DNA of 64,000 bases from the human T2T-CHM13v2.0 reference genome, Homo sapiens. The stretch is taken from the NCBI RefSeq assembly GCF_009914755.1, contig NC_060944.1. One strand, given 5' to 3'. A program made the position numbers and the translations under genes. Within the stretch, counting starts at the first letter, position 1, and each line of letters opens with the position of its first letter. Under the pieces are notes generated by a model. That model was not told where the DNA came from and searched no databases. It worked only from the letters and a program-made list of their open reading frames with translations. This document shows positions 1 through 15,820 of this stretch, in pieces.

Positions 1-1350
1 CCTCATTGCATATCCCTTCCCACCTGCACTGGTGTTGCAGACCATGGGGGGCACCTCATCTCTCCCCTACCTCAAGGGGGCTTCTCTGCAGGAGCTTACA
101 GAATGGCTTTAGCTTTCTCTGCCCCCCTATGTCCCCTACAACGTATTCTAGTGACTCAGTCCTGGGCCCTCCTGGCTCAAGGGAAGTCCATATATCCATG
201 AGTGGTTGTAGGAGGGTTGCCGGCATGACCCAGCTAACTTACTGAATCACCTTTTCAGATTTGGTGCCTTCTTCCAGGTCTCTTGCCTGGGACCTTCATG
301 CGCCTAACAGTCTCTTTTGCTGTTTTATTTGAAGCATAGAATTGTAGCCTGAGTCTTTCCTCAGTTTATTTTGTGATTGATCCTCCTTACCAAGTGTTTA
401 TCGTGGTTCCAGTGTGTGTGTTGGGGGGTGATTCTAAAGAACACTGCTTGTGAGTCACGCTGCTCTGTTAATAAACCTGTTATGCAGGAAAACCCAGCTG
501 AAAGGCAGATCCAAGCTGCTCACTCCCAGCTGTTAGTAAGTGGATACAATGGCCTTTTCATTGGGTATGAATTTTAGTCTATTATATTTTCTTTAGAAAC
601 TAAAATCAGCTCATGAGAAGTTAAAGTAATGCTGACTTTGTTTCATAAGAAATAAAAACTCGACTCAGGAGGACCCCAGCCATTATTTGTGGCTCACATT
701 CTCTAAACTTCATCTGAAAAGCTGATATTCCAGATTCCTTACATCTCTCCAAGATGGCTAGCATCTTATACACACAAAGATGGGGGGGGGTTTTACTCAG
801 CAAGAAAAATATTTACTTTCCTTTTTTTTTTTTAGGAGAAAAATACTTGTCTCTTCAACCTCATTAATTTTTATGATGCGTAAAATTTTTTCATTACATT
901 AGCCAAAAAGACTCTGGACTGAATAAAGTATAGCACCCAAACCATTTAAAATGGCTTCCTGACTGGGAAGACACTGCAGTCATCTCAGGGAAGTTTCTGG
1001 CCTTGGGAAAAACAAATGGAACTTTGGCCGTTCAAGAAGGGAAACTCAAGAATCCAGGCCTTGCGTGCTGCTCTTTTTTCTCTGAAAGCTTTTGGAAGTG
1101 GAGCCACACTTTATTTACCGAATATGCACTTCTTGTTTCTTGTAACCATGGTGCTTTAGTTGAGTGTGTCTTATGTCAGACTACTGCTGAGCCAATATTT
1201 ATCATTTTAGAAATTTCCATGAGTCATAAAACAAATGTGCAACCCGCTTGCTGTACCTTCTACGGGAGTTTCTTTCCTAGAGTTCTTTAAAGCAAAAAGA
1301 AAAAATGCTAAACCTAGAATCCAACACTTGCCGTTTATCAGAACACTTAC

Positions 1351-1630
1351 ATACTTTCTCCAGCATGGAGGCTCCTTCTGTGAAATTTGAAAATCCATTC
1401 AGCTCACATCCAAGGTGTGCTGCCTGCTGCCTGAGGTACCCTGCCTACCCAGGACTCCAAAACCCTCTCCAGAGGGCCAGGTCTGGGCTGAGAAAGAAAG
1501 GAGGCTTTAGAGGTTTGCAGAGAGGAAGTGACTCACTGGCTCAAGGGGTGGGAGGGAAGGCTTTCCACAGGATAGAGAATATAAATGAGCAAGCAATTCC
1601 TTCCACTTCCAGCATGGAAAATTTTACTAG
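1351..1630 (-). other. BFSP1: Probable alternative 5' exon of BFSP1 (filensin), ending in a split AT|G start codon; upstream boundary approximate
   Basis: Minus strand reads GAGAAAGTAT|GTAAGT, a consensus donor with the intron starting at 1350, in unique sequence. Assignment to BFSP1 rests on recalled synteny (BFSP1 lies upstream of DSTN on the opposite strand); no BFSP1 coding exon is in the window. Confidence 0.45.
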
Positions 1631-1899
1631 GGGACCACCTCTTAATGACTGGGCCTGAATTTAGTGACCACTCACCTCCACTCCCCCTTCCAAAAAGAAG
1701 AGTAAAGAAAAAAAAAAAAGCAGGACCAATTGCAAGATGTGATGTTGTTTGCCTCATTTACACGTAAGGATGTTGAAGCTAATGCTGTTTGATCTCTTGT
1801 GTCAATCAGCTCCCTTTGCCCAGACATGGATAGTTGGGAGAACCACATTAAGTCTACAATCTAGAAAACTACAGCAATTTATTGCTTTTGCCATTAAAA

Positions 1900-1928
1900 A
1901 ACAACAACAACAACAACAACAAAAACAA
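1900..1928 (+). repeat. (CAA)n microsatellite
   Basis: acaacaacaacaacaacaac... Confidence 0.9.
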
Positions 1929-2226
1929 GTCCTCTAGAGCCCTGTTTTGTCTAGAGCCCAAGGCCTAGAGTTTATAAATCAAAATTTAAGAGACTGCGTT
2001 AGTATTACTAGAACAGGATACTTCACGAATTGCTAAGACTGTGCCAGGCACTCAGTATCTCTTCTGTGGAGTGCAAGCATCACCTTTTAGAGTTAAAAGG
2101 GTCAAATTAGTCAACATCTTGAGTTTACAGGTGAGGACAAGGAGTCCCAAAGGGGTGCACCTTGCAGAGGTCCTATGGCTACTCAACAGTAGGGCTAGGC
2201 AAGACTAGAATTTGTGTCATCCAGAG

Positions 2227-2557
2227 CACGAGTCCCCACCCCTGGGCCATGAACCAGTATTGGTCTGTGGCCTGTTAGGAATGCGGCGAGTGAGCATGAC
2301 CACCTGAGCTCCACCTCCTGTCAGATCAGCGGCGGCATTAGATTCTCATAGGAGTGGGAACCCTATTGTGGACTGTGCATGCAATGAATCTAGGTTGCAC
2401 GCTCCTTGTGAGAATCTAACTAATGCCAGATGATCTGAGATGGAACAGTTTCATCCTGAAACCAATCCCCCGCCAACCATCCCCCTGCCACCCCGTCTGT
2501 GGAAAAATTGTCTTCCACAAAACCAGTCCTTGATGCCAAAAATGTTGGGGACCTCTT
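2227..2557. mobile_element. MER1-family (MER1B-like) hAT-Charlie DNA transposon
   Basis: TIR-like ends CACGAGTCCCCA / GTTGGGGACCTCTT; 8-bp TSD ATCCAGAG (2219-2226) / ATCTAGAG (2558-2565); internal ATTAGATTCTCATAGGAG motif. Confidence 0.85.
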
Positions 2558-3879
2558 ATCTAGAGTCAAATACCTCACCGAAGGACTGGCAGTGGAAATA
2601 TTGGAGCAAAACAGTTACAGTAAAAGGCACTCAAATTTCAAATCATGACCATTGGCCTTTGGCTATCTGTTTTTGGTGTTTGTTTTCCTTGAATACAACT
2701 CAGAGTTCCCTCATCAGGAAGAGCTGGGTTTCTTTGGCTGAACCATCATTTGACATCCCTCCTGCTACCCCCGAGAAGACAGGAAAATTAGGAGGTAAGC
2801 CAGAGCAGACCCCAAAGAAAATAAAAAAACAGGGAGGAAACCCATTACATATCTACATCTATCTTATGTATCTTGGTCCATAGGGTCTAATTTTTTTTGG
2901 TAGGACATCAGGCATTCTCTTCCTCCAAATATCCAACTTTGAATAAACCCTCCAGCCATCTCTTCCATATTCATATTTGCCAACATAAGTGACGAATGAT
3001 GTCATTAACAAACACTCACTTCCTTCCTCTGTGGATGCTCCACTCATCAAAGATCCAGTAACATCTCCCTGGTGTGATCTGCTGCACCAGGTAGGATCCT
3101 GAGAATTCCCAAGGGAACTTGGGCCAAGTTTATCTTGGCATTTCTGTTTTCACTTGTGATCTCCTTATTCATCTTCATATTCCTGGTAGCTAACATGGCC
3201 GCAGCTGGCACACAGTAGGACCTCAGGAAACATCCTCAAATCTAAATGAAAAAATGTTCAGTTAGATTTGACAGTGGCTTCCCATTGTGAATATAAACAA
3301 GTTGCCCACCTGCATGCACTGGTATCACCTCCATATCCCAGCAGGGCTTCAGCACTGCCCTGACATTACCTGGCAGCCTCTGGGGTGGGCGCTTTGCTGG
3401 TTCTGAGTTTTTCCTGCCCTGTAGTTGCAGCGGGTGAGGCAGAAGTCTGCAGGGAATAATGGGACGAGCTGGGGAAAAATGAGTCCCAACCAGAGAGCTT
3501 GCCACAACCAGCCCATTGCTGTCTGTGACATGCTTTTTCCTCCTCTGACTGTCACTTTCCTCCCTTTCTTAACCACCGTGTGAAACAGTCCTTTCATTTT
3601 TTCTAAAGTGACTTATTCTGAGCTTTTAGAAAAACTCTCTTGTTTTTACATGTTAAGGTTTACTGTGAAATTTCTAGTCTCTTCATTCCTATCCTTCATG
3701 ATTTTATGACTTGTGATTACACTCAATCCTACATGCTGAAGAGTCTGAACTCATTTCATCTATCCTTAAAAAAATGCTTGATTTCCTTGTTTGCCCCTTT
3801 CTGAATATTTTGTGGTTCATTTTTCTTTCTCCGGAAGTACAACAACCGGATCAGAAGTGTAAAAAGAATGTATCATGGA

Positions 3880-4307
<428 letters not shown>

Positions 4308-4563
4308 CTATATTTTATAAAGTTCTGAAAGGCTCTGTGTTGATGAGAGGTGTGATGCCCACTCTGACCTTGATGTGTGTATGTGTGTATGCAAGGAACC
4401 GTGGGACTGTTCATTTATCCTTGCACTGGATTTGCTTTTTAGAACATTTCCCAAAAACTTTCTTGAAATATTTAATTTATTAGATGGGCTTCAGGGCAGT
4501 TCATGAGCTCCCTAAGGTTATAGGCCAAGCTTTGTGAGTAGAAACAAATGTCCGTCTTTCTAG

Positions 4564-4880
<317 letters not shown>

Positions 4881-4908
4881 AGGATTTATACTTTTTATAA
4901 GAATCCCA

Positions 4909-5279
<371 letters not shown>

Positions 5280-5789
5280 CTACTTTGTACTCCATTTTCT
5301 CACTGTTTAACTCAAGAAGCATGCTATTATCTGAAAAACATACATAATTGGTCAATCTTTAATGTTATAAAATAGTGGTATATGATTTTTACTCTACCAT
5401 AACGACTAATAGAGAAATCAATAATGTCACCATGTGGTACTGTATCCTTCCCACAAATATACTTAAACATATTTAGCCTTTTCCTAAAATAGATGCCAGG
5501 GCCCTTGGGGCTGTCTGATCCATCAGCACCAGGCTATGGGCAGTAAGGAATGTTCAGAATGTATTTTCTACAGCTTCTATTTGTTTTACTTTGCCAATTA
5601 ACCTCCTCTGTGGTGTTAAGCAAGCAACAAGACATACCTCATTTCTCTTGTTCAGCCTCACTCACAAGTGCTGTGTCATGCGGCCTGTTGGTAAAGGGCT
5701 TGGGATCAGATCCTGTACTCCTCTGGGCTCCCAAGGAACGTCTCTTCACCTTACCCCATCTGTGGGATGAGGCCAGTGATAATATCTAA

Positions 5790-7210
<1,421 letters not shown>

Positions 7211-7238
7211 TAAACTACCACTTCTTTGATTCATTTAA

Positions 7239-7547
<309 letters not shown>

Positions 7548-7595
7548 CAAAATGCACAAATCTTAAGTTTTGACAAATGTGTATACCCATGTAAC

Positions 7596-7684
7596 TTTTT
7601 TTTTTTTTTTGAGATGGAGTCTCACTCTGTTGCCCAGGCTGGAGTGCAGTGGTGTGATCTTGGCTCACTGCAACCTCTGCCTCC
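7596..7684 (-). mobile_element. Severely 5'-truncated Alu
   Basis: Only the 3' ~75 nt of Alu plus T tail, flanked by TSD TGTATACCCATGTAACT. Confidence 0.85.
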
Positions 7685-7869
7685 TGTATACCCATGTAAC
7701 TTGAACCCCTAACAAAGTAAGAAAAAAAAAATGACCATCACCCCTGAAAGCTCTGTCAGACCCCTCTGCAGTCAATCTCCACTCCCACCCTATTTAACAC
7801 TTATTCTGATTTTTTTCACTATAGTTTTGCCTGTTCTAAAATTCCTCAAACTTTGAATAAACTGTCAGT

Positions 7870-8450
7870 GGAGAGTAAGTAGATGAGATTGTCAACTACT
7901 GTAGGAGGGATTATAAATTGGTATATCCTTTTTAGAAGGCTATCTGGCAATATGTAATTAGTGAAATAAAATTTATGCATTCCTTTTGACTTAGTAATTT
8001 TATGGGAGGAATTTTCTGAGAAGTCTACCAGCTCATGTATGCAAAGAAGCCAGTCCCAAGGCTGTTCACTGAAGAACCGTTTGTGAAAGCAAAGGATTGG
8101 AAATATCCTAAATGCCCATCAGTAGGGGAAAAGTTAAATGAATGAACAGTCACACCTTGCAGCAATTATAAGAAATGATTTATTGATAATGGCAAGATTG
8201 CCAGGACAATCATTAACTGCACAAAAGCAAGTTACAATATGCTACATACCCAACATAAAACCATTACACAGAACACCAATAAAAACGAAACACAAAACAT
8301 ATGCCCAAGGTCTATTTCTGTTAGTCCATACAGCAAACTGACATCAGTGGTTACCTCTGAGGAGAGGACTGGGATTATGGGAAAAGAGAGAAGGTGCTCA
8401 AAGGGGTTTTTCCTTTGTTGTATTGTTTGAATCTTTTACAATAAAACTAC
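7870..8450 (+). mobile_element. Old L1M (L1ME-like) 3' fragment
   Basis: L1 3' motifs TATAAATTGGTA, CCTAAATGCCCATCAGTAGGGG, CAGTGGTTACCTCTG. Confidence 0.6.
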
Positions 8451-8496
8451 ACTTGTGTCTTAGAGGATTAAGTTATTTTTAAAAGAGACTACTGAC

Positions 8497-8874
<378 letters not shown>

Positions 8875-9104
8875 CTATGCTGTATATTGACAGTGTTATG
8901 TCTCCCAGCAAAGGAGCTTTCCCCAGCCTATCTATTAATACACATCTCTCTTCAGGCTCCTCGTTAATGTATCATTTCTTCTTCCCTGCCGCTTATATTA
9001 ATGGTTTTAAATTCAAGTGCCTATATGTTCACAGATTAAGTATGCAAAATGTTTTCTAAACGAAATTGAAATATACCAATCTCATATTTAAGGAGAGACC
9101 TTAT

Positions 9105-9762
9105 GTGTCTTAGTCTGTTCAGGCTGCTATAGCAGAATACCATAAACTGGGTGGCTTACAAACAACAGCAATTTACTTCTCATAGTTCTGGAGGCTGTGA
9201 AGTCCAAGATCAAGTCACCAGCAGATTCAGTGTCTGGTGAGAGCCCACTTCCTGGTTCATAGATGAACCTTTTTGCTGTGTTCTCACAATGGTGGAAGTG
9301 GCAAGCAGTAGTCTAGGACCTCTTTTTTTTTGAGACACAGTCTCGCTCTGTTGCCCAGGATGGAGTGCAGTGGCACGATCTCAGCTCACTGCAGCCCCTG
9401 CCTCCTGGGTTCAAGCAATTCCCTGCCTCAGCCTCCTGAATAGCTGAGATTACAGGTGCCTGCCACCACGCCTGGCTGATTTTTGTATTTTTAGTAGAGA
9501 CGGGGTTTCACCATCTTGGCCAGCCTGGTCTTGAACTCCTGACCTCGTGATCCACCTGCCTCAGCCCCCTAAAGTGCTGGGATTACAGGTGTGAGCCACA
9601 GCGCCCGGCCTAGGACCTCTTTTATAAGGGCACTAATCCTATTAAAGGGGGCTCTGCTCTCATGGCCTAATCGCTGTCCAAAGGCCCCAACTTCAAATAC
9701 CATCACATTGGGGATTACCTTTCAGCTTCCGGAGGGCATAAATCTTTATTAGTCTATAGCAT
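9105..9762. mobile_element. MLT1A/B-like MaLR LTR interrupted by a reverse Alu (9323-9610)
   Basis: TGTCTTAGTCTGTTCAGGCTGCTATAGCAGAATACCATAAACTGGGTGGCTTA, CTGGAGGCTGTGAAGTCCAAGATCAAG; Alu TSD CTAGGACCTCTTTT. Confidence 0.8.
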
Positions 9763-10171
9763 TGTATGAAAACTCTTTCCCTCCGTGTGGAGAGGAGGAA
9801 TGTCAATGTCTAGAAAAGCTGGGTGTTAAATGCAGAGGCTGAAGTTCAGTGGGACCTAAAAAAAATGGGGGCTCATCTTAAGTTATGATAAACTGATATA
9901 TAAGTTTGATAAATTGTAAAACATCTTCAGATACTGGTTCACTTACTCAATACTTATTAAACACCTACTATGTATCAGGGGCTATGCCAGTTCATACATA
10001 CGCATCTTAAATACCCCATGACCTCAAGGAACTCCCAGCTATCTGGTAGTAATGGAAAATGCACATAAATAATTACAGAGCTACAGTAATTGTAGGGAAA
10101 AAACCATGAAACCTCCTAACTCAAAGTATAGCATCTGCATCTCCTGGGGCCATCTAAGACTCCACCCCTCA

Positions 10172-10870
<699 letters not shown>

Positions 10871-11116
10871 TTATGGAGGAAGCCACAGCAAATTTTAAGC
10901 AAGAATGTAACAAGACCAGTCTTATGTTTGGACCTAACTCTGGTGGCAGAGTGGAGGACGAAATGCAGGAGAGGCTGGAGCAAGCAGGCAGGCATGTATC
11001 CTTAAATGAGCACCATTCACTTTTGGACTAGAAAGGAAGTCTGAATATTAAGAAGTGTAAGGGCCACAGGGTCCTAGGCAGGCAGAAAAGCAAAGGGTTC
11101 CAGCTGCAGGAGGATA

Positions 11117-11307
11117 CAGGGGGTTCCTTCTCAGTTCAGGAGTGTGGTCTCGGACTGGCATCTTCAGCATCACCTAGGAGTTGTTAGAAATGCCCATTCT
11201 CAAGCATCATCTTAGAAGCAGTGAGGGAACCTTGGGGATGGGGCACACAAATCTAGCTTTGAACAACTTTTCCAGGTGATTCTGATGCATGCTAAAGAAC
11301 CACTGCT
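11117..11307. mobile_element. MER5A-like hAT DNA transposon
   Basis: CAGCATCACCTAGGAGTTGTTAGAAATGC ... CCAGGTGATTCTGATGCATGCTAAAGAACCACTG. Confidence 0.75.
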
Positions 11308-12029
11308 CTAGCCCGCCAAAAATCATGTCTCAGGTGGTAAAGGCTTAGAACTGCACAACTTACTGTCTTTTTTAAAAAGAACGAGGGTAATGAGAAATGG
11401 GTTTCTATGTTGAGTGGGGCAGAACAAAAGCCACATACAACCTAGATTTTACGTAGTGCCAGAAAAAAAAATACTGACCATCTTGTCCAAAAGTCTCATA
11501 TTTGGAGAATTAAAATAGTTTTGGTCGAGGCCATGATGTTCTCGGTAACCTAAATTAATTTATAAAATTCTTTGTTCCCTTTATTTCCCACAAAAACACC
11601 CGCAGCAAAAACGCTGGGATTCATCTGGGCCCTCTGAAAACCGTGTTTCCGACGCAACCGCCCATTAGAAAAACACAATTCCAAATTAAAAACCCGGAGA
11701 ACTGAGCGGCGGGGCTGGCGCCACCGTCCCGGGACAGCGCGGCCTTTCCCAGCCACACCCCTGCGCGCCGCCGGCCTCCTTCCCCGGCAGTTCCCAAAGA
11801 TAAATAAATGCTCCTTGTTTTTCCAGACCTGAAATTAACGGTGACTCACAGAGCACTCTGCATGGCCACGGTCGCCTCGGGAAGGAGGAAAAATGTGCAG
11901 ACTTTTTTCCCCTCACGCGAGGGCAGGACAAGCCAGACTGGGCCAATCAGGGGAGGGCGGCGGGAATCGCACCAAAGTAGGTAAAAAATGCGGGAGGCGT
12001 CCCCGCTGCCGCGGCCCGCGACTCCGCTC

Positions 12030-12360
12030 CCGTGGGTCCTCCCCCAGTGCGTTCCCCCTCCTCGGGCCCTGCCCTCCCCACCCCCAACATCTCTCTCCTT
12101 CCACCACTGTGTCCCTCTCCCTCACCTCTCCCCTTGCCCCCACCTCCCCCACTAAGTGCCCCCTCGCCCCTCCCCCCACATCCCCCTCCTCTCCCCACAC
12201 TGTCCCCTCTCCCTCACCTCTTCCCTCCCCTCTCCATCCTCCTCCTCCCCCAACTATGTGCCCCTCGCCTCTCCCCTCCAAATCCCCCTCCTTCCCACAC
12301 TCTGTACCCCTCTCCCCCGGCTCTCCCCTCCTTTTCCCCTCCACGGCCTCGCCCCGCCCC
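12030..12360 (+). repeat. C/T-rich low-complexity tract (G-rich on minus strand)
   Basis: Many C3-C6 runs; TGTCCCCTCTCCCTCACCTCT occurs twice. Confidence 0.85.
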
Positions 12361-12866
12361 AGCGGCAGGCACACCTGGCCAGGTGGCTGCCTCCCCGCGC
12401 GGGCCATGCCTGCACAGTGGGTGGGGCGTCAGGTGGCCCCGCCGAGGAGGCGAAGGAAGGCCACCCCTCCCCCATCATCTTTTGCCCGCCCCTCGCCAGC
12501 AGGAGCCAGCCCAGTCCGCCTTCTAGCCTCCTGCAGACCAGAGAGGACGCACCCCCACCCCTAAACACTTTCTGGTGAGGCGGACCCTGCCCCGCAGCCT
12601 TCAGCAGATGAGGGAAGCTCCCCTCCGAGACTCTGGATAGCCGCCGGGGGGGCGTTGCCTGGCCGGCTGGTTGCGTAGCAACGGCAGGCGGTGCGTGACG
12701 TGCGCAGCCGCGTTCCGTCCTGAGGCGCGCCCGCCCCGGGGTAAGCTCGCGCCGCCGCGTCAGCTCAGCGCTGGGTCTCTCGGTCCCGCAGCCGTGAGGA
12801 GGACGGTCTGCATACTCGCTGCCCGCCGGCTCCCTCCCCCGCGTCCCTGCGACCGCCGCGGCGAAG

Positions 12867-12869
12867 ATG
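12867..12869 (+). CDS. DSTN: Destrin exon 1 coding part (ATG only)
   Basis: GCGAAG ATG|GTGAGT; ATG joins in frame to GCC TCA GGA GTG of exon 2 giving [11 protein letters not shown], the ADF/cofilin N-terminus. Confidence 0.97.
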
Positions 12870-15617
12870 GTGAGTAGGAGGGAGGCCGAGGCGTGGGCCG
12901 AGGCGGCCGGGAGCAGTGTGTCTCTGGGGCGCCGCGGAGTCGGGGCTAAGGGGGTGAGCCGTGCCTCAGCCCGGGGAGGGACCCGGTCCGGCTGCAGTGT
13001 CCGGGCTGCGGGTGAGGGGGGGTCTCTGGGCCTCCGTCTCCCGCCGTCCTGGCTGGGCCCCCGCGCCCCGGGGTGGATCCGCGGCTGTTGCGCAGCTCCC
13101 AGCTGGGGCGAGGCCGCCGCCCTGAGCGTGGCCTCTGCGGGTGTCTCCAGACCCGGCCTTGCAACAACTGGCTGGGGTCGAGCGCCCCCACCCGCTCTGT
13201 GAAATCCATCCGGGGGTCTGCACACCGAGGCCGGGGAGTGGGGGGCGGGGGGCGTCGGAATCCGGCCACCGTCCTTGTTGGCGTGGGTTTCCCCAGAGCT
13301 GGCGCTGAGGCGCTTGGTGACTTGTGCGCGTTCCAGCCCTTGAGGTCTGTCCATCTCAATAAGGAAGATAAAGCCTTTATGGAACAGTCCTAGAGCACGG
13401 AATGATCGCTAACGAGCAGGATCCTGGCATGATTTAGAACGGGGTGGCCTTGCAGCTCCTTTGTTTTTTTCTTTTTATCTGGCAATCGGCTTCCAGCAGC
13501 ACTCTCGTCGTGCTTGTCAAGCTTGGCAGTGTCTGTTTTAACCCTTCCCTGCCCGATCTGTCCGTGTATGGTTAGAATTTTTTTTCTGACCTGTAGACAG
13601 TTGGACTCTGCCAGAACTTGGTGCGCAAGGTGTGGGCATGATGCTGGGATGCTGATACAACCAAATTTAAGAGCTTTAAAAACCATTAAAATACTGGAGT
13701 CACCAGAAAGTAAACAGGTGCTCATTAGTATATTCTATATGATGGACATTTTGCTTAATTTACATATTTTCCCCCTTTACACTGTCACTCTAATTAGCTA
13801 TTTAAAAACGTATTCTCAACTGAACTATCAGTTGGAACATTTTGTCGTTTTCGTTAGTGTGCACACACTGTTACCATTTTTGGTCAGTGATTTGCAGGCG
13901 TAGCCTTACCAGACTTTGCTAGAAATATTACACTGTAATTGCATCTGTCTAGAAGCAGTTGGTACCAGCTTATCTGCATACAAACTGTTTTCACTGTATA
14001 ACAGTTTTGGTTTTCTTAAGTTACTACAACTTCCGTGAACATGCAGGCGGCCCCTTAGTGAAAGAAAAGATAAACCGGTAGTTTCTTGATGACTGTAGAT
14101 ATGTATGTAATAGGGATTTGATACTGTTCAGTTTTTGGTTCTTCTTTGGTTTAATGCTGTAAGCTACAAAGTATCAGCATCTTGAGTCTTTTTAATATCT
14201 AATTATTAGAAATTTAATAACATTTTAAATGTATATGCTACTTTATACTGAAAGACTTAATCTAGGGGCTTTGAGTTATGGTACGCTTAAGACCATTCAC
14301 TCTGTGAAAGTGCTTTGAAGCTGACTAGGGTCTGCTCTAGAGACTTCTGATTTGACATTATGCTTTTTTATTGAGTGGCTAATACAGACTTTATTTTTCT
14401 GTTTGAAAATAAGAGACCAAACATTTTACCTTTAGTTAAATGCTTAGTTTTAGTTAAAGCTTAACTAAATTCAAGGAAGGAAGGGTCTGTTATATTTCCT
14501 GGTTCTTGTGAGGAGTGGGAGAAATAAAAATTAGAAATGAGCGATTTCCAAATACGCTTCAAAATTGTTGGCTTTAGGGAGATCAAGAAGACCTTACAAG
14601 TTACTCTTAGAGTTCAGATTATAGACCCCCCATTTTTAAAGGTTATTTTTGTTTTTAGCCTTATGAGCGCAGGAGCATCTTTGTTTAGTTCAGTGATTAG
14701 AGAATATTGTGGGTATTATCCCAGAGTCTAGCACTTTGCTTTTAGCTCTTTTGGTTAGATGCTTGGTTCCAAGTTTCTTTTAAGATTAAATTTTAACTAC
14801 CGATGGGTTTGTTCTAAATTAGCAGAATCACTTCCTTGTACTCACCAAGTCTTTTAGAAGCACCTGAAATAAAGCAGTTTGAAACCAGCTGGGCGCTTCA
14901 GGATGAGATTAGATGTTTTCAGATGTCTCCTCCAACAAAAAACAAACAACGTCTGCCTCCACGTGAACCACAATTACAGACCCCAAACAAAACGTGTGTG
15001 TGTGTGTACTGGGTGTGCCAGCCTCCTTATACAGAGATTGTTTAGTAGCCCATCATCAAGTTACTAAGGTTATTTGCTCAGTAGTTCTACTGGATATGGA
15101 TTGAGACATCACACCTAGACTTGCCTAGCTCCTCTTGTAACCAGAGTATCTTTTATGCTTCTTGGAAAGTAAGAGTGTAGTCTTGCCCCTGAAGTAGAGT
15201 TAAAAGGTTTGCACGATAATCTAACCCTTAACCTTATCCTAATCTGGACTGTGGTCTCACAGACTGAACTAATTGGCGCAGTATTCAAGTATTCTAATAC
15301 TTGGTGATTAGCAAAAACACTACAACCCAGTGAAATAGGTTGGGCATGTATTCACATGCCTATTTAACATATGAGAAAACAGATTGTAAAGGATTAATTG
15401 ACTTGAGACAAATCACCTTTTCCAACTCCAAGTTTTAAAATAATAATTTTGAAACATTTTAAGCAGAAAAGTACACAGAATAACAGATCCTTTTGTACAG
15501 GAAAAACAGGGCTATCTTATTGCCATATTTCAGGTTTTTATGTTATCATTACAGCTAAATATGCATCATCTTCCTCATCCCACTCCCTTCCCTCCCTAGA
15601 GTTATAACCATTCCTGT

Positions 15618-15820
15618 GTCAAAGACATAATATCCTGGCTGGTTAAGGAGATGATTTTATTCAGGCTATTGCAATTAGGAGAGCATTCCTGATTGCCTTA
15701 TTTGAAAATATGCAACAGGCCAGTTCTTTGCAGTTACCTGTTTCCCAGAACACAAAACGGTGGGGTGGATTAACCATCACTGCTTTCTGAGAACACAGAG
15801 CTCAGGTAAAGTTCACAGTA
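15618..15820. mobile_element. Internally deleted ERVL-type LTR (MER76-like) within old L1 sequence
   Basis: TGTCAAAGAC...TTTATTCAGGCTATTGCAAT...CTCAGGTAAAGTTCACA ends; family recognised by eye only. Confidence 0.4.

Larger units (their letters stand above)
11650..13330. promoter_or_regulatory. DSTN: CpG island / DSTN promoter (possibly bidirectional)
   Basis: Dense CpG and high GC spanning exon 1; CCAAT at 11943, GC boxes, X-box-like palindrome 12670-12682, CRE-like TGACGTG 12696-12702. Confidence 0.9.

Noticed and set aside
1749-1937. ORF with a polyQ run
   Set aside because: Produced by a (CAA)n microsatellite; no splice or coding support.
12254-13354. 366-aa minus-strand ORF and other overlapping Pro/Gly/Arg-rich ORFs across the promoter
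   Set aside because: Stop-poor GC-rich CpG island and low-complexity tract; several frames open at once; no recognisable domain.
14431-14469. Small hairpin TTTAGTTAA-AGC-TTAACTAAA
   Set aside because: 9-bp AT-rich stem, likely by chance; too short for a pre-miRNA.
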